DNA from: a virus
Lineage: Duplodnaviria; Caudoviricetes
Direction: 5' to 3' (one strand)
Length of the DNA stretch: 53,502 bases
Virus record (IMG/VR): IMGVR_UViG_3300029811_000124
Span: 1 to 53,502 of that record
Part shown: positions 28,301-38,716 of the stretch, one piece after another
Layout: every line of letters starts with the position of its first letter
Position numbering within the stretch: the stretch's first letter is position 1
Notes under the pieces: generated by a model
What the model saw: the letters and a program-made list of their open reading frames with translations, nothing else
Database searches by the model: none
What the model was told of the DNA's origin: nothing
Made by a program: the position numbers and the translations under genes

Positions 28301-31183
28301 TCATTTCACTATTATATCATTGTTGGGATTTGTCCCCTCTAATTCATCCTTTCTCATTAATTTTCTAGTCATAAAATTATACGAACAGGGAATTACTACC
28401 TTTTTCCTTTTATTCTTACTTTCTCTCATAACTTCCACTTGAAAATAACCATTAGTTCCATCACCTTCATCTACATATAAATATTTACAAGAAAAAGAAG
28501 TAAACATATTTACCATATTTGAATTGCCCGTAATAAAAACTTTATTTTTTCTTCTAGCTATAAAAGCTCCTGTAGATACTGTTGGACACCAAACAACACC
28601 TTTGTATGGTATTTTGTTGACAGTTTTACCAAAATTATTACTTGAAATTTCCTTCCAATTTTGTTTAAAAACCTGTACATGATGAATAATATTCTTGGTT
28701 TTTTTCCTAGTATAGAAATCAGTGTTATAATATTTTCTAATAATAGCTCTATATCCTAAATGACAACATAAAATTTGAAACCAATCAACAAAATACTTAT
28801 TTTTTTGGTAGAATTGGAAACTATTCCCAGATAACAAAATAGAACCATCTCCACCAATTAAACCTTCAAATAAACTTTCTAATTCTTCCTTTTTTAGCAT
28901 TAACAAATTATAAGAAGGTTTTTTATTATAATCCATAAAGTTCCAAATAATTTCATATATTTTTTCTCTTTTAAATTTACTTCCTCTTTTCAAATAAAAC
29001 CGAATTCTACCTTTTTTTATTGATTCTGTATAACTAATTTTTAAGTTAATCAATATTTCTCTTATACTATCTACCTTTTCTTTATTAACATTATTTGATT
29101 GAGAAATTGTAATTGTTTTTAATTTTTTATCATATGAACCTTCTGTTAAAATCCAACCTATTAAAGATGCTAAGCCTTTACCTATACTGTAGGTAGAGTT
29201 TAAACGACCCCCTAAAGGAATTTTTATTCCACCGTGAGGTCCTAAATTTTTAGATTCTTCAAAATGCCATTCTTTATCCCACCATTTAATATGTTTTTTA
29301 TTATTTTGTCTACGATATTTTAATAACATTTTATGATTTAATGTAAGTAGTTGTGAAAAATATCTATCTTCTATACTAATCATATCTCCATTATAATTAA
29401 ATTTATTAATTTTTGTAGCTAACTCATAAGTAATTATTTCATTTTTAGGATTAAAGCAAGCTATTTTATCTTCCAATTTAATATTTTGTATATTTTTCCA
29501 TCCGTTTTCCGTTAAAGCTTCCGTTTGTTCATCAATACAGGCAAAGAAACTTCCATCCGTTTTAAGTTGAACAAATACTATTAAAATTCCTCCACTTTTA
29601 ACCAACTGTCTAGATAAATGTCCAAATATTTTATCAGTTAGAGCATAATCTTTCGGCATTAGCCAATCTATTATTGTAACGGAATTTTTTTCCAATTCTA
29701 TATTATCAGGATCTGACTCAATAGCATATTTATAATCTCCTTCTTTCAGTCCAAGCGATTGAGATATACTTGCAAAACGATTTCCGGATTCTAAGCAGAC
29801 ATAATAAGGTTTAATATCTTGTTTAACCAATCTTTTTATTATATTTAACGCTATATGTGATTTACCAGTCTTATTTTGTCCACCTATTACAATCATATCT
29901 CCATTTCTAAAAATAGCTATATCGTGAAAATAAGGCATTTTAAAGTCTATTTCAACACATTCTCCCATCCAGGTTTCTTTCCAATCTACTTTTTTTAAGA
30001 TACAAAACATTCTACCTTTTTTTAGAATATATTCTTCTTTAAGTAGATAACTTAAGGCTTTATCTATTCTTTCTTTCTTTATTTCCAAAGCCTCTCTTAA
30101 ATCTCTAGAGGTAGCCTCTCCAACCATTCTTAAATATTCAAGTGTTTTTTTTGTTATTTCTTCATCATCATAGGAAGTATACTTATCCAAACTTCTCATT
30201 ATAGTATTATAAAAATCTTTTTTCTCCACAGGAGGGTCAAGAAATATACTATTAATTAAAAATAAAATATCAGCAGTTTGGTTTATGGAATATTTCTTTC
30301 TTAATATCCCTCCAATATGCATTAAAATATAATGTTGGCCTCCCCCTTTACCTACAATTTTTATAATTTCTTCTGGAGAGATATTAATATCTTTGAAATC
30401 CCAATTTTCTTTTTTCTCAAGAGAAGACTTCCAATTTTTAGTTTGGGATAAAATAAAATCCTTAACTTCAGAAGGCATTTCTATTATATCCTTAAAACTC
30501 ATAGTCCTGCCAACTCCTTCTACTATGGAAGGATGAGCAACTACCTGGCCTCCTAAATTTTCCAAATCAATTTTTAAATCACTTATTCTACTTTTCTTTA
30601 AATCTTCGGTATATTTAAAAAATAAATGTATTCCATTTTTAGTTTTTTGGGTTAAAGTTTTTGGTACATATTTTTCTAACACTTCAGGAATATTTTGACT
30701 GTCAATATCAACCACGGTAATGTTGCTACATTTCCCTGTTTTAATCCCTATATTACTTCCTCTATCTAACCATTGCATCCATTCTTCTTTATTGATATGT
30801 TTTTTATTTACCCAATCTTTTTCAATTGGTATCTTGCCATCTTTAACTATAGGAACTAAATCAAAACCATTCTTTTCATAGAAACTTAAAGCATTATCTA
30901 TATCCTTTTCAGTAATTATATCTAACTCCAATAACTCCTTAACATAATTTTCTATATTATCATCATTCCATTCTTTCTTATCTTCTTCAAGTATTCTTAC
31001 TATATCAAATAAATTTCCTATCTTTTGGCAAGACATACAGAATAGACTAAAATCAATAAAAGGTCTTAAACTAGCAATAGGTTTATTACAGTTAGGACAA
31101 ATATACATACCGCCTATATTTTTTAAATCTTTCTTTTTTAAATACTCTTCTGTATAATTAAATATTTTCCTCATTTTTCTCAC
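28301..31183 (-). CDS. Zinc-finger + Prim-Pol primase + RecA-type helicase fusion, intein-containing, with NPN C-terminal tag
   Basis: CPNC..CMSC; NIGIKTG..VVDID, TKNGIHLFF (bifunctional primase-polymerase); GQNKTGKS, IIDW; ends GTNPNNDIIVK. Confidence 0.85.
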   Translation of the reverse strand: MRKMRKIFNYTEEYLKKKDLKNIGGMYICPNCNKPIASLRPFIDFSLFCMSCQKIGNLFDIVRILEEDKKEWNDDNIENYVKELLELDIITEKDIDNALSFYEKNGFDLVPIVKDGKIPIEKDWVNKKHINKEEWMQWLDRGSNIGIKTGKCSNITVVDIDSQNIPEVLEKYVPKTLTQKTKNGIHLFFKYTEDLKKSRISDLKIDLENLGGQVVAHPSIVEGVGRTMSFKDIIEMPSEVKDFILSQTKNWKSSLEKKENWDFKDINISPEEIIKIVGKGGGQHYILMHIGGILRKKYSINQTADILFLINSIFLDPPVEKKDFYNTIMRSLDKYTSYDDEEITKKTLEYLRMVGEATSRDLREALEIKKERIDKALSYLLKEEYILKKGRMFCILKKVDWKETWMGECVEIDFKMPYFHDIAIFRNGDMIVIGGQNKTGKSHIALNIIKRLVKQDIKPYYVCLESGNRFASISQSLGLKEGDYKYAIESDPDNIELEKNSVTIIDWLMPKDYALTDKIFGHLSRQLVKSGGILIVFVQLKTDGSFFACIDEQTEALTENGWKNIQNIKLEDKIACFNPKNEIITYELATKINKFNYNGDMISIEDRYFSQLLTLNHKMLLKYRRQNNKKHIKWWDKEWHFEESKNLGPHGGIKIPLGGRLNSTYSIGKGLASLIGWILTEGSYDKKLKTITISQSNNVNKEKVDSIREILINLKISYTESIKKGRIRFYLKRGSKFKREKIYEIIWNFMDYNKKPSYNLLMLKKEELESLFEGLIGGDGSILLSGNSFQFYQKNKYFVDWFQILCCHLGYRAIIRKYYNTDFYTRKKTKNIIHHVQVFKQNWKEISSNNFGKTVNKIPYKGVVWCPTVSTGAFIARRKNKVFITGNSNMVNMFTSFSCKYLYVDEGDGTNGYFQVEVMRESKNKRKKVVIPCSYNFMTRKLMRKDELEGTNPNNDIIVK
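28523..29539 (-). mobile_element. Intein (339 aa) with LAGLIDADG endonuclease
   Basis: CIDEQTEALTENGWK, LIGWILTEGS, GLIGGDGS, WCPTV...RRKNKVFITGN followed by S+1. Confidence 0.92.
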
Positions 31184-32070
31184 TCTTTTAATTTTCTACA
31201 CAAATCTGTATATGCTTCCATTGGAGTATTACCTTTACCTATAAAATAACACTCACTTTCAATTTCCCAGAAATCATCACATGTTATATCATCAGAATTT
31301 ATAGCATCAGGAATATTATTAAATTCTATTTGCCACGCAGTCCATTTCCCACCAGAATAAGAACCACAATATCTATCATGAACTATAGTGCAAGGATATA
31401 TTTTTTCCATATTATTTTACTTTTTCCGATAACTTATCATATAACAAACATATAGCCCCTGACAAAGCATTAATATCCGCAAATTGAGCAGGCATAGCTT
31501 GTATAGCTAAACAACTTGACCTTAAAGTTTCATCCCTTCTTAATTCTTCTGGAGTCCTAAATTTGTTATCACCTACCGCCGGTAATATTTTTGGTGTTTT
31601 TTTAATAATATTCACAAGCATTAATAGCCTTTTTCCACTTTCATCTTTTTCATATTTTACATTTACTTCATCGCCTTTATTTATTGTATCCAAAATTTTA
31701 GCAACCTCTGGAGTTTTGGTATACCAATCTTTTGTATCTGGAGTATTTCCAATTCTATAATAATTCTTATCTTTGCTAATAGCATATATTATCATTGTAT
31801 CTCCTCTATTTCTCAAAAGCTTCTTCTAATGGAATTAAAAAATTAATCTTTACTTTTCCTCGATTTAATAAATAAGCTTCCAAAAATAATCTGTTTTCGA
31901 TTATTTCTCCACATTTTTCACATTTATATCCATAATGATTGACTGGAAGTTTCGAAACAAATACCTCCAAAGTCTTTTCTTTTAAAATTTTCTTTATTTT
32001 ATCTTCAACTATATCAACTGCTGACTTTTCTTTTGATTCTTTTTGTTTTTTCATATTTCTCCTATAAAAA

Positions 32071-32196
32071 AACTTGGCAGAGCGTCAATCCTTGTTCGGA
32101 GTACTATTATTGGGTTTAAGCTCATAGATCCAAACTCACGTTTAAGTGTATTACCACTCACGATCATTTATAACGGACTTCTACCGTCACCAAGTT
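32071..32196 (-). ncRNA. Candidate structured intergenic RNA or leader
   Basis: AACUUGG...CCAAGUU closing stem followed by a U-run; internal hairpins; GC-richer than flanks. Confidence 0.4.
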
Positions 32197-32201
32197 AATT
32201 T

Positions 32202-32501
32202 TTATACTTTACTAACTATATACTTGCCATGTTCTGGGTGTTTGATATTAATCTTATCTCCAATTGCAACATCTGCTTCTTTTAAAGCTGACTGTAAAGT
32301 GTATGTACTAGCTGTAACAATTCCTTCTTCACCTACAAACTCAAAAACAAAACCCTGTCTTACATCTTCTTTTGTTTTTGGCTCAAAATCTGGCTTATTG
32401 GTGATTTTTCTAATATCAATAATCTCCAATGTTACATCTTTACCTATAGCAGTACTAAGGTAATTCCCAGAACCTGATACTTCCTCGTGCCATTTGCTCA
32501 T
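32202..32501 (-). CDS. Putative OB-fold ssDNA-binding protein
   Basis: Beta-rich 99 aa with aromatic residues, located between nuclease and primase genes. Confidence 0.35.
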   Translation of the reverse strand: MSKWHEEVSGSGNYLSTAIGKDVTLEIIDIRKITNKPDFEPKTKEDVRQGFVFEFVGEEGIVTASTYTLQSALKEADVAIGDKINIKHPEHGKYIVSKV

Positions 32502-32522
32502 AATCTTTTTGCCCTCCTTTTT

Positions 32523-33380
32523 TTAAAATAGTACGTTTTTTTTACTATTTTTAATTTGTAATTTTTTTAACTGTTTTCTTTCTAACATTTTCATTGATTT
32601 TTCAAATGTTATCACTTTATCTTTTTCATAAATCTTTTTAAATCTTTCATGTAAATTTCTAAATGGAAGTTTTTCTATATCCCATTCTTTTTCAGGTAAA
32701 AAACTAATCTGCTCCTTTATTTTACTTTCAACTTCTTCCGGTAAACTTAATAAATTAATTATCAAAAATCTTCTTTTATAATCTTCTTCTGTTTCCACTT
32801 TACTTATAAGGTCATCCGATACCTCCTTCCTTATCTTACTCTCAATTATTTTATATGGATTTTTCGGTGGTTTTTTATAACATTTCTTTTTACTGTGAGG
32901 AGAATATATTTTAACATTTGGTAAAGCAAATAACTGTTCAAAATCTGCATCCACACTTAATATTACATTTTCATTATCTTTAAAATATCTACATCCATAC
33001 GCTATCACATCATCTGCCTCTAAACCCCAAATTTGTATAATATGGAATGGAGTATTTGAATCTAAGATATTAAGATAATCATTAAAACTATCATACATTT
33101 CCTTCCAAGGTATATCTTTTTGTGCCTCTCTTTTAGCTTTTCTAGTATTTTTATATTCTGGGTCTTTATCCTTTCTCCAACTTCTCCCAGTATCACAGGC
33201 TATTATTATTTTATCATCTTTATCTACACCTATTTTTCTTAAATCTCCAAGTATCATAGTAGTGCAAAGATATGTTGGAGGAGTTGTTTTCATATTTCTC
33301 CAGGCAAAAACTGATTTATGAAGATACATCCCAAAGTCAATCCAAATATATTTCATTATCTCTTCATTTGCTCTAGACAT
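32523..33380 (-). CDS. 5'-3' exonuclease / T4 RNase H-FEN family
   Basis: IWID, ACD..SWRK...EYK.TR, LEADDVIA, SVDADF.QL. Confidence 0.9.
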   Translation of the reverse strand: MSRANEEIMKYIWIDFGMYLHKSVFAWRNMKTTPPTYLCTTMILGDLRKIGVDKDDKIIIACDTGRSWRKDKDPEYKNTRKAKREAQKDIPWKEMYDSFNDYLNILDSNTPFHIIQIWGLEADDVIAYGCRYFKDNENVILSVDADFEQLFALPNVKIYSPHSKKKCYKKPPKNPYKIIESKIRKEVSDDLISKVETEEDYKRRFLIINLLSLPEEVESKIKEQISFLPEKEWDIEKLPFRNLHERFKKIYEKDKVITFEKSMKMLERKQLKKLQIKNSKKNVLF

Positions 33381-33506
33381 TCTTCATGATAAATCTTCTT
33401 CTTTTTAATTTTATATTTATCAGTAATTAAAACAGCATCTTTACAGTAATAGCACCAACCTAGAATACTAACAACTTCAATCTTACCCAATTCTTCATTA
33501 TATACT

Positions 33507-34094
33507 TCAATTACTTTCATTTTCTTTCATAATATTTTTATAGTTTTCACTTCCTTTGTCGCTTAAATTATAAGTATCTTTATCATGCTCTTTAACTTTA
33601 GAATAATAAGCAAACCATTCAATAAATGATAAACAGAATACTTGTGAAATGTGTGGTTCTAATACATCAATCCATTCTTTTTTAGACCACTCCTGTAATA
33701 TTGTTGATATTAAATTCATTCTATTTTTAACAACAACCAAATCTTCTTTAGATTTCTCATAATAATTCCAAACTATAGAAACAAACTTTGGAAAGTTTTC
33801 AGTTTTAATTTTTATATTAGTGTCTATTGGACTATCAACTCCTCTATCTTGTAAAAAATAACCTCGCTTCAACCATATTAGGTAGCAATAAGTTGAAATT
33901 TTGAGAAGATCTCTTTCCCTTTTTAAGTTAGAATATCTAAAAATATATTTGTCTAATGTCCCAAAGAGCCAGTTCTTCCCATGAGCGTCAAACAATATAT
34001 CAGTGCTTTCTCTTTTATCATCAAGAGCATATTTTTTTGCTCCATAGCTTAGTTGATCGAAAAGCAACCCGATAAATGTATCAAATTTTTTCAT
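33507..34094 (-). CDS. Hypothetical protein, possibly all-alpha NTP pyrophosphohydrolase-like
   Basis: YGAKKYA and DLLK..Y helical motifs. Confidence 0.3.
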   Translation of the reverse strand: MKKFDTFIGLLFDQLSYGAKKYALDDKRESTDILFDAHGKNWLFGTLDKYIFRYSNLKRERDLLKISTYCYLIWLKRGYFLQDRGVDSPIDTNIKIKTENFPKFVSIVWNYYEKSKEDLVVVKNRMNLISTILQEWSKKEWIDVLEPHISQVFCLSFIEWFAYYSKVKEHDKDTYNLSDKGSENYKNIMKENESN

Positions 34095-34426
34095 AATACT
34101 CCTATTATTTTTAAATCTTTTTGCATTTTTTTCTTTTATATCTTCCTTTCATATTATATTTTATCAGGAATATCAGAATTTTCTTGCTCGTTTAATTGTT
34201 CTCCTATTAAATATATATCCGACTTTATATCATCAATTAGTTCAGCAACCCCCTCAATAGATTCCTGACCATATATTATTGTATCTAATTCGTCTACTTC
34301 TTTTGACTCTAGAAAATTTTGTAAATCATTAGCTATTGTAAATAAAGTTGTTTCTAAAGCTGACATTTTTTTATGTATTCTTTCCAATCTAATATTTATC
34401 CAATTCTTTTTCATTTATTTCTCCCA

Positions 34427-35218
34427 TTAAAGTAGAGTTATATTTTTTATTTTATTATTATCAAAATCTTTTATTCTTTTTTTGGCTATAGAGAATGTTT
34501 TACTATCTTTTTCAATTCCAATAAAATTCCTATTTGACTCTTTACAAGCAATTGCTGTAGTTCCTGAGCCCATAAAAGGGTCTAGAATTAAATCTCCTTC
34601 TTTAGTAAATATTTTTATAATTCTCCTTGCTACTTGAATAGACATTACTGCAAAATTACCTTCACACGCAAACCTTTCTTTGTTAACAAATGAATTAGTA
34701 TGTTCAGTAAAACAAGTTGTAGCTGTACCTTTCCTATCAAATTCTATTTTATATCCTCTATTATTATTTATTTTATCAAATACCATTATAAATTCATAGT
34801 TATGCGTTAATACATTTTTACCAATTGCCGGGTTGGCAACTTTTTTATGCCATATTAAAACATCTTTAATATATTTTTCATAATCTCCCAATATTTTAAA
34901 TATTGTAGATTTAGTTTTAGATAAATACTGTATATTAAAAAATACTTGATTTTTTGTGACTCTTATTAACTCATTTATTATACACCTTAAAAACTTATCA
35001 TATTCTTCCTTTCTTAAATCATCAGCATATCCTTTATATACTTTTTTTGTCCGGCTTTTGTTATTTTCACTTTTGGGTCTTATAGAATTTTCCAAATTAT
35101 ATGGAGGACTGGTAAAAGAATAATCAACGCTATCATTATTAAATTTTTTCAACACAGAAAAACAATCTCCAAGATAAATACTGTTAATTTTCATTTTATT
35201 CCTAATTCCTTCTTCCAA
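34427..35218 (-). CDS. DNA N4-cytosine/N6-adenine methyltransferase (beta class)
   Basis: GDC, TSPPYN, IW.K, ILDPFMGSGTTAIA, FIGIE. Confidence 0.93.
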   Translation of the reverse strand: MEEGIRNKMKINSIYLGDCFSVLKKFNNDSVDYSFTSPPYNLENSIRPKSENNKSRTKKVYKGYADDLRKEEYDKFLRCIINELIRVTKNQVFFNIQYLSKTKSTIFKILGDYEKYIKDVLIWHKKVANPAIGKNVLTHNYEFIMVFDKINNNRGYKIEFDRKGTATTCFTEHTNSFVNKERFACEGNFAVMSIQVARRIIKIFTKEGDLILDPFMGSGTTAIACKESNRNFIGIEKDSKTFSIAKKRIKDFDNNKIKNITLL

Positions 35219-35577
35219 TATTTAATATTAATAACTTTATCAAGTATATTTTTCGATATTTCCAATTCTTTTTCAGACCATCCAAGTACATATTTTATCT
35301 TATTATATAACTTATTCTCTTTTTTCTCTTTTATTTTTATCTTACCCAAATATGGTGTTTTAGAATGTTTAATCCCCAAAAAGAGTAAAATATAAAAATG
35401 ATTTGGTTCCAATATAGTATGATATTCTTTAGAAACCAATTCTTTAAGATATTTAACATTATTCTCATCCCAGGAGAGCCATTTTAATAAAATTATATTT
35501 AATGGTCTATCTATATTGATATCCAATTTCCTTTTTTCATAGATAGATTTAATGATTTCAAAAAAATTAAATGCCAT
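35191..35577 (-). CDS. Clamp loader small subunit (gp62-like)
   Basis: N-terminal FF..IK.I, WLS, position directly after the RFC-like ATPase and clamp as in T4 genes 45-44-62. Confidence 0.5.
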   Translation of the reverse strand: MAFNFFEIIKSIYEKRKLDINIDRPLNIILLKWLSWDENNVKYLKELVSKEYHTILEPNHFYILLFLGIKHSKTPYLGKIKIKEKKENKLYNKIKYVLGWSEKELEISKNILDKVINIKYWKKELGIK

Positions 35578-35595
35578 ATTTACATATTAAATGTA

Positions 35596-35648
35596 GGAGA
35601 GAAAGAAATGTACAAAGAATTATATAAATATATACTTTCTCCCTCTCC
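35596..35648 (-). promoter_or_regulatory. ~18-bp imperfect hairpin between clamp-loader genes
   Basis: GGAGAGGGAGAAAGTATA pairs with TGTACATTTCTTTCTCTCC (one bulge, G-U pairs). Confidence 0.5.
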
Positions 35649-35652
35649 CAAT

Positions 35653-36546
35653 CTATATTAATTTAGAAACTTCCAAGATATTGGCTAAAAATATTATTTC
35701 AAGCGAAACACCAATATTAGAAGATTTTTCAGTGTCTGCTAAAATGTTAGCTATCTTAGAAGCTCTATCTAAACCATATTCTTCCCAATTTACAAAAATA
35801 TACTCAAATAACCAATTATTAAAATCAAGTATATCCAATTCTCTATTGTAAACTAATTTTTTTAGAAAACTAAAATCTTCACTTTTTATTGAAAGTAATA
35901 TATGTTTATAATTTTCTATATTTGATTTCAATCCTAATTTTATTTCTTGAAGTTTCTTAACCATAGTACGAATATCAGGATAATATTTATTTATAAATTC
36001 TCTTATATCCATATTAAGAGATATTTTCTCTTTATCAATTATATATGATAGTTTTTTTTCTATATCTTCTTTAGGAGGGTTATTAAAATCCAATATAATA
36101 CATCTACTCTGTAATGGTTTAATTATTTTATTTATATCATTAATAGCAAATATGAAAAAACAATTGCCACTATATTCTTCCATTAGATTTCTTAAACTAT
36201 CTTGGGCAATTTTGGTGACAGAATCTCCTTCATCCATAAACACACATCTTTGAGAATTAGTTGAAGATAGAGAAGTTACAAAAGATTTAATTTTATCACG
36301 GATTGTATCTATACCTCGCTCTTCACTCGCATTTAACTCCAAGGAATCACATTTTAATTCTGATATTATAATCTTTGCTAGAGAGGTTTTTCCTGTTCCG
36401 GGGGTTTTGCTATGTAAAATTAGAGAAGGAAATATTGTTAAATTTAAAAGATTATATATTACCTCATCATCCTTTAAAATTATTTCCTCCAAAGTTGATG
36501 GCCTATAAAATTCCGTCCACACTAATCTTTCTAATTCTGTTTTCAT
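35653..36546 (-). CDS. Clamp loader AAA+ subunit (RFC/gp44-like)
   Basis: W.E.YRP..L, PGTGKTS, ELNASEERGIDTIR, MDEGD, AQ.SLR..ME, PLQSRC, D.R. Confidence 0.92.
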   Translation of the reverse strand: MKTELERLVWTEFYRPSTLEEIILKDDEVIYNLLNLTIFPSLILHSKTPGTGKTSLAKIIISELKCDSLELNASEERGIDTIRDKIKSFVTSLSSTNSQRCVFMDEGDSVTKIAQDSLRNLMEEYSGNCFFIFAINDINKIIKPLQSRCIILDFNNPPKEDIEKKLSYIIDKEKISLNMDIREFINKYYPDIRTMVKKLQEIKLGLKSNIENYKHILLSIKSEDFSFLKKLVYNRELDILDFNNWLFEYIFVNWEEYGLDRASKIANILADTEKSSNIGVSLEIIFLANILEVSKLI

Positions 36547-36547
36547 A

Positions 36548-37246
36548 TTATATCTTTCTCTGTATCAATATATCAAAAGTATAATCATCATTATCTATTT
36601 TTATAGATACAGGGGTATCATTGCCCAACTTTATTTCTATATCATCATCAATTAGCGACAATATATCCATAAAAACATTGGAAAGTTTGACTTTAAACTT
36701 ACTTAATACATCAACATCAATTATACCAATTAATTCGTTTTCATTCTTTTCAGATATAATAGCCAATTTTCCATTTTTATTTGTCAATATTATATCATAA
36801 GAACCTACTGTATTATAATAAGTTATCAATTCTTTTATTTGATTTTCTGTTAGTTTTATAGGGTTGGATGTATTTGAATTTAATATTTCATCAAATTTGT
36901 TATTATCCAAGCTGTTTTTAATATAGGTGGGATTTCTAAGTATGCAGGATATTGTTAATTTATCATCTTTAAGTATTAATTTATTATCTTTTTTGGATAG
37001 ATTAATATTTCCTTGAAAAGATTTGACACATTTCGTTAAAAATTGAACATCATCAATACCTATATCTCCAATATTATCAAATTCGCCTTTTAAATTGCCT
37101 CTTAAAGCTACAATTTTTGAACAATGACAAATAATTGCCTTTAGACTATTATTTCCAATATTAAATATAGCCTCTTTATTCTCAATGTTCTTCTTTAAAC
37201 CTAAGACTTTCAAGAACTTAGATAATTTATTTCTATCAATAACCAT
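36548..37246 (-). CDS. Sliding clamp (PCNA/gp45-like)
   Basis: 232 aa two-domain beta/alpha pattern, C-terminal IEIKLGNDTPVSI..Y.F.ILI, adjacent to clamp loader. Confidence 0.7.
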   Translation of the reverse strand: MVIDRNKLSKFLKVLGLKKNIENKEAIFNIGNNSLKAIICHCSKIVALRGNLKGEFDNIGDIGIDDVQFLTKCVKSFQGNINLSKKDNKLILKDDKLTISCILRNPTYIKNSLDNNKFDEILNSNTSNPIKLTENQIKELITYYNTVGSYDIILTNKNGKLAIISEKNENELIGIIDVDVLSKFKVKLSNVFMDILSLIDDDIEIKLGNDTPVSIKIDNDDYTFDILIQRKI

Positions 37247-37306
37247 TACTCCTCCTGAATTTTTTACTCTAATTTTTTTTTGATTACATATATATTATAT
37301 GCTAAA

Positions 37307-37939
37307 CTAGTCGATTGTAAAGATATTTTTTAAGTTTTTTTTGAGGATTTTAAGGATATTCTTAAATTTGTGGGAAACTGTTTGGTGACTCATATTAAAC
37401 CCATCTTTTTTCAATTCCTCGGCTATTTTTCTATAGGATTTCTTCCCAATAAATATTCCATCTATTATTTTATTGTCTAAATCATTAAACAATTTTCTAA
37501 CATTCTCCCAATGAATTTGATCTTCCAACAGTTTTTCATATCCTGTAGAATTCCACAAAGAATTTGAAATCAAATCTTCAGAACAACCTGCTCCTTCTTC
37601 ATTCCCGCCATTATTTAATCTCTTTTTTCGCTCCGTTAGTGCTTTACCAAATAAATTTGACATTCTGTTTTTCAATTCTAAATTTAATATTTTCTTTAAA
37701 TATATTAAATCTTTAATATCTTTTTTCTGTTTTATTTTTTCAAATAGCCAAACATAGGCTTCACTGATACAATCCTCCATCTCATATCCTAAATACTTAT
37801 ACACATCTCTATTTTTTTTATAAAGATTTATTACTATTCCTTTGAAATTCACATTACTTTCGGTATTAGGTTTGAAAAATCCTAATTCTTTTTTTATCAA
37901 CTCATTGATACCCTCAGTAGTTGTCAAATCATACTTCAT
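37307..37939 (-). CDS. Sigma-70/ECF-like factor
   Basis: EDCISEAY region-2-like helix; region-4 HTH SYRKIAEEL...SHQTVS. Confidence 0.6.
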   Translation of the reverse strand: MKYDLTTTEGINELIKKELGFFKPNTESNVNFKGIVINLYKKNRDVYKYLGYEMEDCISEAYVWLFEKIKQKKDIKDLIYLKKILNLELKNRMSNLFGKALTERKKRLNNGGNEEGAGCSEDLISNSLWNSTGYEKLLEDQIHWENVRKLFNDLDNKIIDGIFIGKKSYRKIAEELKKDGFNMSHQTVSHKFKNILKILKKNLKNIFTID

Positions 37940-37951
37940 TCTCTACCTCCT

Positions 37952-38191
37952 TTATTCTTTTATTATTATTTTATTATTAGGATTTCCACTCCCAATTTTT
38001 TTCAACTTTAATTCGTCACCATATCCATAACATACACCATTTATATAACCTGGACATCCATAGTTTTCATTACAACAATAACACTTTTCAATTGGACAAC
38101 ATTTAATTTCTTTTATAACAAATCTTATTTTTCTCACAAAAGGAAGAGTTTCTACCATATCTCCAATCTTTAGTTTTTTTAGTTTCTTCAT
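37952..38191 (-). CDS. NPN-tag family small protein (Cys-rich SH3/KOW-like)
   Basis: LKIGDMVE ... CPGYINGVCYG ... GSGNPNNKIIIKE. Confidence 0.75.
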   Translation of the reverse strand: MKKLKKLKIGDMVETLPFVRKIRFVIKEIKCCPIEKCYCCNENYGCPGYINGVCYGYGDELKLKKIGSGNPNNKIIIKE

Positions 38192-38208
38192 TTTTTCCTT
38201 ATATATTT

Positions 38209-38466
38209 TTATACTTCTAATACTATATTGGAATTTATACTTTTCTCTCCAATCTTTGTTAAACTAAAACCTGGAGTATATCCAAAACACTTGCCATTTA
38301 TATGACCCGGACAAATACTTATATCATATCCATCTGTACATCTTTCATTATGAGCTAAACAATCACACTTTGTTGTTGACTGTATAAGAAATTTACATCC
38401 AATCTTGTTCAAATTATAGTGGTTTTTGTTAATCTCAACAAAATCTCCAATCTTAAATTTACTCAT
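38209..38466 (-). CDS. NPN-tag family small protein (Cys-rich, degenerate tag)
   Basis: FKIGDFVE ... CPGHINGKCFG ... KSINSNIVLEV. Confidence 0.7.
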   Translation of the reverse strand: MSKFKIGDFVEINKNHYNLNKIGCKFLIQSTTKCDCLAHNERCTDGYDISICPGHINGKCFGYTPGFSLTKIGEKSINSNIVLEV

Positions 38467-38716
38467 ATGTTTCTTTTACAATTATATTATTATTAGGGTT
38501 AGATATTCCAATTTTTTTCAAATGATAAACATTCCCCCTTCCAAAACACCTATCATTTACATAACCAGGACAAATATAACTTTTACCATAAGCACGTAAA
38601 CATTCTTCCCTATTTCTACAATCTGAAATTGTTTTTATAATAAATTTATATTTACTAACTCCAAAATTATCTATTACTACATCTCCCACTTTAAATTTCA
38701 CTTTATTTTCTCCCAA
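38459..38716 (-). CDS. NPN-tag family small protein (Cys-rich)
   Basis: FKVGDVV ... CPGYVNDRCFG ... GISNPNNNIIVKE. Confidence 0.75.
   Translation of the reverse strand: MGENKVKFKVGDVVIDNFGVSKYKFIIKTISDCRNREECLRAYGKSYICPGYVNDRCFGRGNVYHLKKIGISNPNNNIIVKETYE

Noticed and set aside
35191-37246. Assigning the window to an archaeal chromosome because of PCNA/RFC/PolB/Pth2
   Set aside because: T4-like gene order, sigma-like factor, RecA, NinG, homing endonucleases, single-strand coding and many tiny ORFs fit a virus better; host domain remains unproven
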